This document shows, in pieces, positions 61,330-64,000 of a DNA stretch of 64,000 nt. The notes under the pieces are model-generated. The model ran no database searches, was not told the origin of the DNA, and saw only the letters and a program-made list of their open reading frames with translations. This DNA comes from Chiloscyllium plagiosum (Eukaryota): NCBI RefSeq assembly GCF_004010195.1, contig NC_057758.1, positions 657,396 through 721,395 of the forward strand. Reading direction: 5' to 3'. The position numbers were made by a program, and so were the translations under genes. How positions within the stretch are numbered: the first letter of the stretch is position 1; each line of letters opens with the position of its first letter.

Positions 61330-64000
61330 AACTTTCCAAAGCTTCCACATCCTTCTTATAGTGCGGTGACCAGAACTGTACACAATACTCCAAGTGCGGC
61401 CACACTAGAGTTTTGTACAGCTGTAGCATAACTTCATGCTTCCTGAACTTGATCCCTCTATTAATAAAAGCTAAAACACTGTATACCTTCTTAACAACCC
61501 TGTCAACCTGGGTGGCAACGTTCAAGCATATGTGCGCCTGGACACCGAGATCTCTCTGCTCATCTACACTACCAAGGATCTTACCATTAGCCCAGTACTT
61601 TGCATTCCGTTTATTCCGACCAAGGTGAATCACCACACACTTGTCCACAATAAACTCCATTTACCACCTTTCAGCCCAGCTCTGCAGTTTATCTATGTCT
61701 CTCTGTAACCTATAACATCCTACGTCACTATCCACAACTCCACCGACTTTAGTGTCATCTGCAAATTTACTAACCCATCCTTCTACACACATCCAGCTCG
61801 CTTATGAAAATGACGAACAGCAGTGGACCCAACACCGACCCACTACTAACTTGACTCCAGGATAAACATTTCTCATCAACCACGACCCTCTGTCTTCTTT
61901 CAGCAAGCTAATTACTGATCCGAACTGCTATATCTCCCACAATCCCATTACTCCGCATTTTGTACAATAACCCACTGTGGGGAACCTTATCGAACGCTTT
62001 GCTGAAATCCATATACACCACATCACCCCTTTTACTCTCATCTACCTGTTTGGTCACCTTACAAAGAACTCAATAAGGTTCGTGAGGCACTACCTACCCT
62101 TCACAAAACCGTGCTGACTATCCCTAATCAATTTATTCTTTGCTAGATGATTATAAATCCTATCTCTTATAATCTTTTCCAACACTTTATCAACAACTAA
62201 AGTAAGGCTCACTGGCCTATAATTACCAAGGTTGTCTCTACTCCCCTTCCTGAACAGGGGAACCACATTTGCTATCCTCCAGTCTTCTGGCACTATTCCT
62301 GTAGACAATGACGATTTAAAGATCAATGCCAAAGACTCGGCAATCTCCTCCCTGGCTTCCCAGAGGATCCTCGGATAAATCCCATCCGGCCCAGGGGACT
62401 TACGGACTATCACACTCTGCAGAATTTCTAATACCTCCTCCTTGTGAACCTCAATCCCAACTAGTCGAATAGCCTGTATCTCAGTAATCTCCTCGACAAC
62501 ATTGTCATTTTCCAGAAAATGTTGAAAATATTGTTGAAAAACATTCATTTAGTGCTTCCCCTATCCACTCTGACTCCACACACAACTTTCCACGAATATC
62601 CTTGATTGGCCCTAATCTTACTTTCGTCATTCATTTATTCCTTAAATACCTACAGAAAGCCTTAGGGTGTATCCTGATTCTATCCGCCAACAACTTCTCA
62701 TATCTTCTCCTGGCTCTTCTGAGCTCTCCCTTTAGGTCTTTCCTGACTACCTTGTAACCCTCAAGCGCCCTAACTGAGCCTACACATCTCATCCTAAAAA
62801 AAAAACATTCTTCTTCTCTTGACCAGAGATTCCATTTCATTTGTAAACTATGGCTCCCGCACTCTACAGCTACCTCCCTGCCTGACAGGTACATACCTAT
62901 CTAGGACACACGGTAGCTTTTCCTTGAATAAACTCCACATTTCTTATGTGCCTATCCCCTTCAGTTTCCTTCTCCCTTCTATGCTTCCTAAATCGTGGCT
63001 AATCACATTGTAATTGCCTTTCCCCCAGCTGTAACTCTTGCCTAGTGGTATACACCTATCCCTTGATATCACTAAAGTAAACATAACAGCATTGTGATCG
63101 CTATCACCAAAATGCTCACCTGCTTCCAAGTTTAACACCTCTCAAGAGAAGAGTAAGGGAACTCGGGAATCAGTATTCCCTCTGGTACCCAACGATTCTC
63201 CGNNNNNNNNNNNNNNNNNNNNNNNNNAACATAACAGAATTGTGATCGCTATCACCAAAGTGCTCACCTCCTTCCAAGTCTAACACCTGACCAGGCTCAT
63301 TACCCAGTATCAAATCTAATGTGGTTTCGCCCCTTGTTGGCCTGTCTACATACTTTGTCATGAAGCCCTCCTGCACACACTGGACAAAAACTGACCCATC
63401 TATAGGACTCGTACTATCGTGTTCCCAGTTAACATTTGGAAAGTTGAAGTCCCCCATGACAACGACCTTGTCTCTCTCACTCCTATCGAGAATCATCTTT
63501 GCTATCCTTTCCTCTACATCTCTGGAACTATTCAGAGGCCTATTGAAAACTCCCAGCAGGGTGACCTCTCCTTTCCTGTTTCTAACTTCCGCCAATACTG
63601 CCTCAGTGACGAGTCCCCAAACATTCTTTCTGCAACTGTAATATTGTCCTTGACCAACAATGCCACACCTCCTCCTCTTTTACCTTCTTCTGTGTTCTTA
63701 CTGAAACATCCAAATCCTGGAACCTGCAACAGCTATTCCTGACCCTGCTCTAACCATGTCTCGAAATGGCCACAACATCGAAGTCCCAGGTACCAACCCA
63801 TGCTGCAAGTTCACACACCTTATTCCGGATGCTCCTGGCGTTGAAGTAGACAAACTTCAAACGAACTTCTTGCTTGCTGTTGCCATCTTGCGTCCCTGAA
63901 ACTTGATGTTGGACCTCCCTACTCTCAACCTTTTCTATAATTAAACTACAATTTTGGTTCCCAACTCCTTGCTGGATTAGTTTAAACCCACCCCAATAGC
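61330..64000 (-). mobile_element. CR1 ORF2 (EN, linker, RT), lacking the 3' end, runs off the window
   Basis: ORFs 63170-63595 (GDFNF, SDHNSV), 62090-62548 ([15 protein letters not shown]...SQHGFVKGR) and 61328-61660. Confidence 0.93.

Overview
This is eukaryotic, not prokaryotic, DNA. It is a gapped, repeat-saturated stretch of a vertebrate genome, most likely a cartilaginous fish, judging from the HE1/V-SINEs, shark-type CR1 LINEs and shark-type Penelope termini. No intact host gene lies in the window. Most of it is nested, decayed CR1 LINEs. It also holds two Gmr1-like Gypsy LTR retrotransposons (integrase upstream of RT where both domains survive), a young class I (epsilon/gamma-like) endogenous retrovirus fragment (env TM tail, PPT, LTR, 4-bp TSD), Penelope GIY-YIG fragments, and several small Penelope-derived inverted-repeat insertions with 11-14 bp TSDs and hammerhead-ribozyme cores. 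The most unusual structure is a duplication-insertion-duplication. Two near-identical 2.7-2.9 kb copies (29445-32360 and 35289-37941) flank a 2.9-kb minisatellite-bounded insert. On the minus strand, that insert carries a promoter-like region and a 13-nt first coding exon (ATG GAT GAT TTG G|gtaagt, MDDL) matching the paxillin/Hic-5/leupaxin family, with no visible downstream exon. Weak traces of decayed Ig-superfamily V-domain exons are also present. All calls come from reading the sequence by eye. Repeat boundaries are approximate (tens of bp) unless a TSD or junction is quoted. I found no evidence for a new multi-gene system.
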